From: Phycisphaerae bacterium
Lineage (GTDB): Bacteria; Planctomycetota; Phycisphaerae; UBA1845
NCBI GenBank assembly: GCA_963666835.2
Contig: CAXXGO010000003.1
Span: forward strand, 160,001 to 224,000
Direction of reading: 5' to 3'
DNA length: 64,000 nucleotides
Shown here: one piece after another, positions 20,757 through 29,602 of the stretch
Numbering within the stretch: position 1 is the first letter of the stretch
Layout: every line of letters begins with the position of its first letter
Notes under the pieces: generated by a model
The model's database searches: none
What the model was told of the DNA's origin: nothing
What the model saw: only the letters and a program-made list of their open reading frames with translations
Position numbers and translations under genes: made by a program

Positions 20757-20963
20757 GCGCGGCAGGCTACCTTGGAGGCTTGAGTCCGGCAAGTGCAGGG
20801 GGCAGCATATCGGAACTTGGTTCGGCGGGAGGGCCAGAGAACTCGGCAACAGGGCGAAAACGAACTCGTTATCCGGCAGCGGGACTAACGTTTGCTCTGA
20901 CAACATGTCGAAGAAGCGGTGGGAAAGAGGCTTTCGAGTGACGTGTAATACGGAGATCAACCT

Positions 20964-21467
20964 ATGAAGCGCCTTCTCAGGACTGTGCCGGCAGGGCTGC
21001 TGCTGATGTTGCCCGGTTTAGGCTGTGCTCACGGGAGCCTTTCGGTAGGCTACTATGACGAAGAGCCCGTCCGCCACAGACACGCCCGCACCTACGTTCG
21101 GACGCACGGTTGCCCGGATTGCTATTACGACGGTGATCGCATCGTGGTGATACGAGGGCATCGTCACGGACCGGGGTGCGGCCACCGCTGGGATGGCCGC
21201 CACTGGGTAGTCGACCGACCCAACAGAGTCCATCCGAAAGTCGTCCCCGCACCCGTCATTCGAAAGGCGAGTCCGGCTCCGCAGGAGCCGCGCGTTCACA
21301 AGGCAAGGCGATCGGACTCCGAACCGCGCGCGCACCGCTCATCCGGTTCCAAAGACGCTCCTCGCGTTCAGAAATCGAAAGCGGCATCCAGCGGGCAAAA
21401 GAAGAGAAAAACAAAGAGCGATGCCGATCCCGACCGCACCCGAAAGTCGAAAAGCAAGAACAGGTAG
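20964..21467 (+). CDS. His/Cys-rich putative lipoprotein with Lys/Arg/Ser-rich tail
   Basis: GGAG RBS, lipobox PGLG-C, motifs HGCPDCYYDG and HRHGPGCGHRWDGRHW. Confidence 0.6.
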   Translation: MKRLLRTVPAGLLLMLPGLGCAHGSLSVGYYDEEPVRHRHARTYVRTHGCPDCYYDGDRIVVIRGHRHGPGCGHRWDGRHWVVDRPNRVHPKVVPAPVIRKASPAPQEPRVHKARRSDSEPRAHRSSGSKDAPRVQKSKAASSGQKKRKTKSDADPDRTRKSKSKNR

Positions 21468-21772
21468 ACGCGCTTCGAAATCGGCCATTGACCCGTTACG
21501 CTCCTGATGCGGAGGTTGCGGAAGCTCAGGGGGTTCCCGGCTGGCAGGACTTCTCGGTTTCAGCGCCTATCCGCGTTTCTGTGCTGACGTGCGGGCACCG
21601 GCGCAGTTGGGTGAAAGTCATCATTCCTGATCGTTCGGTCATGATCCGCCTCGACGTTTCCGATTGACTCATCGGGTTGGGAAGACCTGTTGGCGGCTGA
21701 TATCGCGAGAAGTACAATCGAGCGGTTCATCATTCTCCGTTTTGATTGGCTGCCACATTGAAGGGAACAGAG

Positions 21773-22717
21773 ATGAAGCGGGCGAAAATAACTGTTATCG
21801 GAGCAGGGAACGTCGGAGCGAGCTGCGCTGTCTGGGCGGCTGAGAAGGAACTCGGGGATGTTGTTCTGCTCGACATTCCGGACTTCGCGGACAAGACTGC
21901 GGGAAAGGCCCTCGATCTTGCGCAGTGCGGGCCGGTGGACCGTTTCGATTGTCGTGTTGTCGGAACCTCCGATTACGGTCCGGCGGCCGGCAGCGATGTG
22001 GTGATTCTCACGGCGGGCATTCCGCGCAAGCCCGGCATGAGCAGGGACGACCTGGTTCAGACCAACGTCAAGATTGTCGGAACCTGTGCGGAGAAGATCG
22101 GCGAGGTGGCTCCGAATGCGGTTCTCATCGTAGTGTCCAACCCGCTTGATGCGATGGTGTACACTGCCTGGAGGAAGAGCGGATTTCCCACCGAACGGGT
22201 CGTTGGTCAGGCTGGCTGCCTGGACATCGCGCGTTATAGGACGTTCATTGCCTCGGAGTTGGATTGCAGTGTCGAGGATATCACCGCTTTGCTGATGGGC
22301 GGGCATGGTGACGATATGGTCCCGCTTCCCCGGTACACATCGGTGGCAGGCATTCCGGTTACGCAACTGATCCCGAAAGCGCGGCTCGATGAAATTATCC
22401 AGCGCGCCCGCATGGGCGGGGGGGAGATTGTCAAGCTGATGGGGACCAGCGCCTACTACGCTCCGGCCGCAGGTTCGGTGCAGATGGCCGAGGCGATCAT
22501 CAAGGACAAAAGACGCATTCTGCCCTGTGCGGCCTTCTGCAAGGAGGAATACGGGGTAGGGGGGTATTTCGTCGGCGTACCTTGCATGCTGGGGGCGAAC
22601 GGGGTCGAGAAAGTGATCGAGGTCGAGCTTGACGCCGGTGAGCGGGACCTGTTCCAGTCAAGCGTTGCCCACGTGAAAGATCTGGTGGACTTGGCGGACC
22701 GCTTTTTGACAAGCTGA
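21773..22717 (+). CDS. mdh: Malate dehydrogenase (LDH-like type)
   Basis: GAGNVG, GKALDL, TAGIPRKPGMSRDDL, MGGHGDDMVP, GTSAYYAP. Confidence 0.96.
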   Translation: MKRAKITVIGAGNVGASCAVWAAEKELGDVVLLDIPDFADKTAGKALDLAQCGPVDRFDCRVVGTSDYGPAAGSDVVILTAGIPRKPGMSRDDLVQTNVKIVGTCAEKIGEVAPNAVLIVVSNPLDAMVYTAWRKSGFPTERVVGQAGCLDIARYRTFIASELDCSVEDITALLMGGHGDDMVPLPRYTSVAGIPVTQLIPKARLDEIIQRARMGGGEIVKLMGTSAYYAPAAGSVQMAEAIIKDKRRILPCAAFCKEEYGVGGYFVGVPCMLGANGVEKVIEVELDAGERDLFQSSVAHVKDLVDLADRFLTS

Positions 22718-22945
22718 GTTGGCACCGGACGGTTCGCCACGATGTCGGCACGGACGCTACCTGTCGGTCTTGTGCCTATAATCAATAGGAATCCGGCGGA
22801 CCGCGTCACCATGGACCGCCTCTGTTGCCGCCGCGCAGCATGCGTTGTTCTCGGAGGACCACCTGTATCAGAGGTGGAGACTTCCTCGGCGCGCAGCTTG
22901 GGTCCGGGCGCGTTCTTGGTCGATATTCCCAGGGAGGTGAGTATC

Positions 22946-23374
22946 GTGTCGGATGTCGAGCTGTCATCAGAGCGCCCGAGGTTTCTGTCTCTGCCGGCAA
23001 TGCGCTATCAGAACGCGTACGTCTGGTTGGTTCTGGTCTCGGCCTTGGATATTTTGTTGACGGCCATGGTTCTGCACACCTGGTCGGGGAACGAGGTCAA
23101 TCCGGTCGTTGAAGCGATCATCCACAAGAAGGGATTCGCCTGGATCGTACCCTTCAAGCTTGCGATGTGTATTCTCGTGATCATTATCTGCGAGGTCGTC
23201 GGTCGACATCGCAACCAGTTGGGGCATCGGCTGGCTGTTACGGCTGTTATTATAAGTGCCTTTCCCGTGGCATTCACCTTCTTGCTGCTTCGTGCCGCAG
23301 GGCCGGCGCCGGTTGTTGAAGACATCTCAGCGCAGATCAGCATGATCTGCAGGCTCCCGATATTCGTAGCCTGA
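22946..23374 (+). CDS. DUF5658-like membrane protein
   Basis: YVWLVLVSALDILLT..VL...G.EVNP pattern and several TM segments. Start uncertain. Confidence 0.65.
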   Translation: MSDVELSSERPRFLSLPAMRYQNAYVWLVLVSALDILLTAMVLHTWSGNEVNPVVEAIIHKKGFAWIVPFKLAMCILVIIICEVVGRHRNQLGHRLAVTAVIISAFPVAFTFLLLRAAGPAPVVEDISAQISMICRLPIFVA

Positions 23375-23592
23375 AGCAGCCGTTGAACCTCCCAGGAACA
23401 CCGGGTGTCCTTATTCTCGTTGCCGGTTCCCGTACGCCGGTCGCCAAGGCTCGTTTCGGCAGATGATCAGTAATCCCCGGAGTCGGTGCTTCTCGAATAC
23501 CGGGCTTGATCGGGTCAGTTTCCGCCGGAAGATCGTGATTGGTTTGACGGTCGTTTGCAGGAGAGCTGCGATCCTGGTAGAAGACCGAAGTT

Positions 23593-24369
23593 ATGATTCG
23601 ATTGGCCATAGCCGGAGCGACGGGACGTACGGGGCGAGCCGCTTTGGATCTCGCGCTGCGCGATGCCGGTTTTGAAGTTGCCGCGGCTTTGACGCTCGGT
23701 GATGATCCGGCCTGTGGGTCGTCTCTGCAGGCGGCAGGTCGCACTGTGCGGCCGGTGAGCGAGCTGGAAACCGAATGTGATGTTCTGGTGGATTTCACGG
23801 TGGCGGCGGGTACCGTATCCTGGCTTTCGGTCTGCGAGCGGCGGGGGATTCCAATGGTGATCGGGGCTACCGGGCACGACGACGATCAGCTTTTGCAGAT
23901 CGAGCGCGCCGCGGCGGTCATCCCGATAGTGAAGGCGAGCAACTTCAGTATCGGCATCAATGTAATCCTGAGCTTGGTGAAGCGTTTGGCCGAAGGCCTG
24001 GGTGGCAAGTACGACATCGAGATTGTTGAGGCCCACCATCGTCACAAGGTCGATGCGCCCAGCGGGACCGCCCTGGCGCTTCTGAAGGAGCTTCGGACCA
24101 CGGTCGGCGCCTGCGCCGGTGGCGAGACCATTTACGGCCGCGAAGGTCATACCGGGGAGCGTCCTTATGGCCAGATCGGCGTTCATGCTCTGCGGATGGG
24201 GGAACTGGTCGGTCGCCACGAGATCCATTTCTCCGGTCCCGGGGAGACGGTTACCCTGCAGCACACCGCCCACTCCCGCGAGACGTTTGCGGCTGGTGCT
24301 CTGCGTGCGGCGGAGTGGATCGTAAGTCGCCGGCCGGGGTTGTATTCAATGCAGGATGTCATGGCGTAG
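23593..24369 (+). CDS. dapB: 4-hydroxy-tetrahydrodipicolinate reductase
   Basis: GATGRTG, DFT, ASNFSIGIN, EAHHRHKVDAPSGTA, TFAAGALRAA. Confidence 0.96.
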   Translation: MIRLAIAGATGRTGRAALDLALRDAGFEVAAALTLGDDPACGSSLQAAGRTVRPVSELETECDVLVDFTVAAGTVSWLSVCERRGIPMVIGATGHDDDQLLQIERAAAVIPIVKASNFSIGINVILSLVKRLAEGLGGKYDIEIVEAHHRHKVDAPSGTALALLKELRTTVGACAGGETIYGREGHTGERPYGQIGVHALRMGELVGRHEIHFSGPGETVTLQHTAHSRETFAAGALRAAEWIVSRRPGLYSMQDVMA

Positions 24370-24384
24370 ATTGTAGCCTTCCGT

Positions 24385-25143
24385 ATGCCCGAGCGTGTTA
24401 CAATGCCCCCGGTGAGTGACGTCCGTGAGACCTTCGGGAGCATGTCGGTAGTCATTCCTGCGTACAACGCCCAGGATGTCGTCTGCCGCACGTTGGATTC
24501 CGTGCAGGACTACCTGGACGGCGTCGGATTGGAGCATGAGATCATCGTCGTAGACGACGGGAGCAGTGACGGCACTGCGGAGTGCGTTGCACGGCGAGGG
24601 CGGGGGGTGAGGCTTCTAGTCAACGATGTCAACCGCGGTAAGGGGTATACCGTTCGTCGCGGACTGCGTGAATCTCGTCTGGCGTGGGCGATGTTCATGG
24701 ACGTCGATAACGCGACGTCGATTGATCATCTCGAGCGCTTCGCGGAACACGCGGCAGGGGCTGAAGTGCTGATCGCATCACGAAGGGTGGCCGGGGCTTG
24801 GGTCCGCCCGCAACCCCGGACTCGCCAGTTCCTGGGCCGCGCGTTTCCGTACCTGGTGAGAGCGTTGGCCCTCCGCGGTATCTTCGATAGCCAATGTGGG
24901 TTTAAGGTCTTTCGACGCGAGGTCTTAGAGGATCTCCTGGTACGCCAACGGAGCACCGGCTTCTGTTTCGATGTGGAGATCTTGTTGACGGCCGTTCGTC
25001 TGGGGTATCGGGTAGCGGAAATCCCGGTTGTCTGGAAGAACCCGCCCGGCCGGTCGACTCTGCGCATCGGCAGCGACCCGCTCAAGATGTTTGTAGACCT
25101 CCTGCGGATCACTTGGCGCCACCGCGTTTCGCGTTATCGCTGA
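24385..25143 (+). CDS. GT2 glycosyltransferase (dolichyl-phosphate glucosyltransferase-like)
   Basis: VVIPAYN, VVDDGSSDGT, NRGKG, FMDVD, DSQCGFK, FDVEIL. Confidence 0.9.
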   Translation: MPERVTMPPVSDVRETFGSMSVVIPAYNAQDVVCRTLDSVQDYLDGVGLEHEIIVVDDGSSDGTAECVARRGRGVRLLVNDVNRGKGYTVRRGLRESRLAWAMFMDVDNATSIDHLERFAEHAAGAEVLIASRRVAGAWVRPQPRTRQFLGRAFPYLVRALALRGIFDSQCGFKVFRREVLEDLLVRQRSTGFCFDVEILLTAVRLGYRVAEIPVVWKNPPGRSTLRIGSDPLKMFVDLLRITWRHRVSRYR

Positions 25144-25190
25144 GCGAACTGTCGAGCTGATACCGGTGTGCGGCAGTGCCGAGGGCCGGG

Positions 25191-25898
25191 TCAATGCTTG
25201 TTCCTGGGCGGCGGCCTGAGAGTGTACCCGACGCCGCGCACGGTCTGCACCAGGGCGGAGGCCTTACCGAGCTTCTTGCGCAAGGCGGCGACGTGGACGT
25301 CGATCGTTCGGTCGGTTACGACGACACTGGTTCCCAGCACGCCGTCGATCAACTGCTCTCTGCTCAGGACCCGTCCGCGCGCTGCCATCAACTCCCAGAG
25401 GATTCCGAATTCGGTCGATGTTAGTGACACGGCTTTGTCGTCCACTTTGAGTTCGCGGCGACTTCGGTCCAGACTGACGGATTCGGCGGTGAGCACGTCG
25501 CACCCGGCGGCGGACCCACCTACGCGGCGCATCAGAGCGCCGACCCGGGCGAGCAGCAGACTTGTGGAGAATGGTTTGCTGACGTAGTCGTCGGCGCCGA
25601 GGGCGAATCCAACCAGCTCATCAGCCTCCTCAGCTTTGGCCGTGAGCATAAGAACTCTAAGATCGGCCGTGTTCGGGTCGCGCCGGAGCTTCGCGAGAAT
25701 CTCGTCTCCCGCCATCCCCGGGAGCATTCGGTCCAGAATAAGCAGATCCGGCCGCGCGCGACGAACTTCGAGCAACCCGTTCGTTCCATCCGTGACACAT
25801 CGACAGGTGTACCCCTCGCGTTCCAGGTTGAAACGAACGACCTCGGCGAGGTCGGGCTCGTCCTCGACAATCAGAATGGTCCTGCTTGTGCTCATCAC
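25191..25898 (-). CDS. Orphan OmpR/PhoB-family response regulator (PhoB paralog 2)
   Basis: Intact receiver (VEDE, LDRMLP, MLTAK, SKPFS) and DRTIDVHVAALRKKL helix; very similar to 20055..20756. Confidence 0.9.
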   Translation of the reverse strand: MMSTSRTILIVEDEPDLAEVVRFNLEREGYTCRCVTDGTNGLLEVRRARPDLLILDRMLPGMAGDEILAKLRRDPNTADLRVLMLTAKAEEADELVGFALGADDYVSKPFSTSLLLARVGALMRRVGGSAAGCDVLTAESVSLDRSRRELKVDDKAVSLTSTEFGILWELMAARGRVLSREQLIDGVLGTSVVVTDRTIDVHVAALRKKLGKASALVQTVRGVGYTLRPPPRNKH

Positions 25899-25955
25899 TT
25901 CTCCGCATCCAACGCAAGCCGGCAGAGTGCAGACTCCTGCGCGGGAACCAGCCTG

Positions 25956-27329
25956 CTACTCAGCCAGACTCCTCACCGCCTTGTACTTCTCTCGGAATAC
26001 TCCGGCCCAGGTCCGAAGTAACTGCCGCGCCTCCCGGCCTCCGCCTTCCAGAGTCTTGGCAAGCATCAGGCTTTCGCTTTCAGTAAACGGTACTTTCTGC
26101 CATTCTTCGAGGGCCGCGGGCTTCATTCCGCCGTCGATGATAGCCTTCCAAGCGGCTTTGAGATCGCGATGTTGGTCGACCAACGCTGCTCCCATCAGCT
26201 CAGAGAGAACCAACAGGCGTGCTTTTTGCATTTCGGCGTCCAATTGGAAGAAGGCTCCCGACTCCGCCTGCTCATACGGACTCGTTCCGAGGATCTTGCT
26301 GGCGTGCGTAGTGTAAACGTCCGGACGGATCGGCAGGCGGTGCAGGGCATGCTCCCGCGGCCCGCCGATCTCTCCGGGCGGCAGTACCCAGAGAAGCTGT
26401 CCCTCCCGGCTCAGGACAAAGTTGATGAACTGCTCCGCCAAGCGTCGATGAGGCGGTTTTCGCAGCATCGATATGGGGTCCGGGGTAATCGCCGTGCCGC
26501 CGGTGGGGCATACGTACTGCAGGACGTCTTTGCCGGCCTGGGCAACGCGGGCAAACGCGTAGAAGTCTATGCACGGGCCGGCAAGGGCGTTGCCGGAAGC
26601 GATCTCGTTCGGTACGGCACTGCTACTGTCGGCGATTACTCGAGAGTTGGCGGCCAACTGCATGAGGATCGGCCAGCCCTTCTCCCATCCATGCTGCTGC
26701 AAGACGGCCTCGTAGCACACTTGGACGCTGGCGGACCTGCGTGGATCGGCGATAACCACCCAACTGAACATGCGTGGCTCCGCCAGATCCTCCCATGATT
26801 GGATTGACGGGAGTTTCTGGTTGTCGAGCCCGCGGCGGTTTGTTAGGATTCCGAAGGATGATATAGCGGCGCTGAACCAGAGCCGCCTTTCATCGTGGTT
26901 CGGCACGCCGGCTACTTGACCGGGGATCGCGGCGAGGAGCTCGCTTGATATCTCCGGAGATTGCAGGAATCCACGTCCGGCCGCCAGATCATGATCCGGC
27001 ACGCCACCGCCGAAGAACACGTCAATATCGAATGACTCCCCGGGAGTTGCCCGGTTCTTCGCCTCGAGAAGCTGAGCAAGTTGGCTCGTCCCCTGCTTGA
27101 TCCACCGAATCTTGACGGGACGCCCGACGTGATCGGCAAACCCCCATTCGAACTCCTGCTGAATGTGCATGTTATGCGGTGTTATAATTACCAGATCGTG
27201 ATCGTCCGCACGCGCTGGAAGGTGTATGATTGTCAGACAGGCCAGCAACACGGTCATGAGGGTCTTCGACGTCGACCACATCAGTTGTTCTCCCGGTATT
27301 CGTGTACGGTGCATATTCAAGTTACTCAT
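25956..27329 (-). CDS. ABC transporter substrate-binding protein, AfuA/FbpA-like
   Basis: Signal peptide (PARA|DD), DVFFGGG, SWEDLA, ADPRRSAS, ITPDPISML, FINFVLSREGQ. Confidence 0.85.
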   Translation of the reverse strand: MSNLNMHRTRIPGEQLMWSTSKTLMTVLLACLTIIHLPARADDHDLVIITPHNMHIQQEFEWGFADHVGRPVKIRWIKQGTSQLAQLLEAKNRATPGESFDIDVFFGGGVPDHDLAAGRGFLQSPEISSELLAAIPGQVAGVPNHDERRLWFSAAISSFGILTNRRGLDNQKLPSIQSWEDLAEPRMFSWVVIADPRRSASVQVCYEAVLQQHGWEKGWPILMQLAANSRVIADSSSAVPNEIASGNALAGPCIDFYAFARVAQAGKDVLQYVCPTGGTAITPDPISMLRKPPHRRLAEQFINFVLSREGQLLWVLPPGEIGGPREHALHRLPIRPDVYTTHASKILGTSPYEQAESGAFFQLDAEMQKARLLVLSELMGAALVDQHRDLKAAWKAIIDGGMKPAALEEWQKVPFTESESLMLAKTLEGGGREARQLLRTWAGVFREKYKAVRSLAE

Positions 27330-27441
27330 CTATAACGATGATATCCCGTGGGTTTATCCTGCATTCAACTACGCTTCCCGGATTCGGCACCCTGCTTCCC
27401 GCTCGTTCCAGGACTGCGCTCCTCAATGTGCCATTGTGAAT
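27322..27441 (-). pseudogene. Orphaned 3' end of the ABC ATPase gene, separated by IS1595
   Basis: Removing the IS and one TSD restores the frame: ...MQLILA+IHNGTLRSAVLERAGSRVPNPGSVVECRINPRDIIVIDE*. The stop overlaps the start region of the binding-protein gene (ATGAGTAA). Confidence 0.85.
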
Positions 27442-27448
27442 CGCGAGA

Positions 27449-28490
27449 CCTGATTCTCTACTTGACTCCGGCGGCTAAGTACGGTATTTGTTAGGGCTTA
27501 CGATTTCATGGTTCATGGAGGAGGTCGGCCATGTCTGACGAGATTCGCCCGAAGCATCCCGTGCCCAAGATCTTGGATGTAGCGTCGTTTATGCGTCGCT
27601 TCGGAGATGATGCGGCCTGTGCCGCGTATCTGCGAAAGGCTCGCTGGGGACCGAACCTGGAACGGTTCGTCTGCCCGGACTGTGGGCATAACCGCGGATG
27701 GTGGCTCCCGACCCGAGGGCTCGTCGAGTGCCGGGAGTGTCACCATCAGACCTCACCGACGGCCGGCACGGTGTTTCACGGTGCCCGCGTGCCGCTCTGG
27801 AAGTGGTTCTGGGCTATGTATCAAGAGGCTCACTCGAAGAAAGGCCTCGCGGCCACGGCGTTGGCCAAGCAGATCCAGGTCTGCTACCAGACTGCCTGGA
27901 TGATGCTGCAGAAGCTCCGCGAGGCCATGCGTCAACGATGCCAACGTTATGTCCTGCAGGGACTTGTGGAGGTCGACGAGACATACGTTGGCGGCCGGGA
28001 ACCGGGTCGGCCGGGGCGTGGAGTGGAGAAGAAGGTCCCAGTGGGAGTGGCCGTCGAGCTTGACGAGAACGACCGGCCTAAGCGAATCGCCATTCAGGGA
28101 CTGAAAAGCGTCGACGCTCGAAGCCTGAGGGGTTTCACGACGAGACACGTAGCGAAGGGCTCATGTCTCCGGACGGACGGATGGGGAAGTTACGTTTCAG
28201 TGGCCAAGGCCGGGTACGAGCACGAGGCAATCGTGACGGGCGGTGGGAAGAATGCGGTTCAAATTTTCCCCTGGGTTCACACCTTCATCGGCAACCTGAA
28301 GCGGATGATTGTGGGCACATATCACAGCGTTTCGCCCAAACACCTCGACCGTTACCTGGCCGCGTTCACCTATCGGGCCAACCGTCGCTGGATGGAAGCA
28401 AAACTCTTCGATCGCCTTGTTATCGCGGCCGTAGCTGCCAAACCACTGACATTAAAGGAGTTAACCACCGGAGCGAGGTAGAGAATCAGG
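27449..28490 (+). mobile_element. IS1595-family insertion sequence, 1042 bp
   Basis: Terminal inverted repeats CCTGATTCTCTAC(TTGA/CTCG)CTCCGG(C/T)GG(C/T)TAA; 8-bp target duplication TCGCGAGA at 27441-27448 and 28491-28498. Confidence 0.95.
27531..28481 (+). CDS. IS1595-family transposase
   Basis: Zn ribbon CPDC...CREC, TAGTVF, VEVDETYVGG, RTDGWGSY, GTYHSVSPKHLDRYL. Confidence 0.95.
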   Translation: MSDEIRPKHPVPKILDVASFMRRFGDDAACAAYLRKARWGPNLERFVCPDCGHNRGWWLPTRGLVECRECHHQTSPTAGTVFHGARVPLWKWFWAMYQEAHSKKGLAATALAKQIQVCYQTAWMMLQKLREAMRQRCQRYVLQGLVEVDETYVGGREPGRPGRGVEKKVPVGVAVELDENDRPKRIAIQGLKSVDARSLRGFTTRHVAKGSCLRTDGWGSYVSVAKAGYEHEAIVTGGGKNAVQIFPWVHTFIGNLKRMIVGTYHSVSPKHLDRYLAAFTYRANRRWMEAKLFDRLVIAAVAAKPLTLKELTTGAR

Positions 28491-29451
28491 TCGCGAGAAT
28501 GAGCTGCATGGTATCCCCCAAGTAGATTCGATCCCGCACGGTTGCTAACAGAAGGTTGTCGGTATCGCCATTGGATTCAGGGGTTGCAGATAGCAGGTCG
28601 ACGGTTTCCGGCCGAATCGACAGCAGGCACGGTCCTGATGTACGCCCGCCTTCCGGAGCCGAAGCGCAGAGTGTGCCCAGATCCGTATCCAAGATGCGAA
28701 GACCATTACGGGACGATCGGATAGTGGCCTTCAGGATGTTTGTCTCACCCAGAAAGTCGGCGACTTGGGCACTGCGCGGGCGTTGATACAATTCAGTTGG
28801 TGGACCCAATTGGGTAATGCGACCGGATTGCATTACCGCAATGCGATCGGCCATCGACAGGGCCTCCTTCTGGTCGTGCGTGACGTATACAGTGGTCAGC
28901 CCGAACTCCTTGCATAACGTACGAATCTCTGCGCGCATGTCCAAGCGAAGTTTGGCGTCCAGATTGCTCAACGGTTCGTCGAGCAGAAGGCAATGAGGGC
29001 GGATCACAAGGGCGCGAGCCAAGGCTACGCGCTGTTGCTGTCCACCGGACAACTGGTTGGGTTTCCGGCCCTCATAGCCGCCCATCTTCACCATCTCCAG
29101 GGCTTCGGTGACGCGCCGGGCGCGGAGCGCCCCGCGCACCTTGCGAACTGATAGACCGAACCCCACATTGTCCGCCACGGTGAGATGCGGCCAGAGGGCA
29201 TAGTTCTGAAAGACCATGCCCGTGTTTCGACGGCGTGGTGGCAGAAAGGTGACGTCATCTCCCCCGAAAAAGACCCGGCCGTAATCCGGAGAACAGAAGC
29301 CTGCGATAGTGCGCAGCAGGGTGGTCTTGCCGCAACCGGAGGGCCCGAGCAGGAAAAATAGCTCACCGGCGTCGATCGAGACACTTACGTCTTGCAGGGC
29401 GTGGGTATTCCCGAAACACTTGGTGACACTCTTGATGTCGATTGACCGCAC
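28486..29451 (-). pseudogene. ABC transporter ATPase (AfuC/FbpC/PotA-like), C-terminally truncated by IS1595
   Basis: [42 protein letters not shown]; the current stop lies inside the IS end. Confidence 0.88.
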
Positions 29452-29602
29452 GGGTTCCTCCTGTCAGGGTGCAAGAACGCAGGTTTCGTGGCTGCGTTGA
29501 GTAACAGGCGGGGAAGATCATCTGCCCAGCGGTCTCTTGCGAAAAAGCCGATTCCGCAGGGGGGTGCCAAGATGCCGTCCCCAGCTTCTTCCCCAGGATC
29601 CT

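Noticed and set aside
20760..20960. Pho box before phoB and the N-terminal extension of its ORF
   Set aside because: No convincing phased repeats; the receiver domain begins at 20756.
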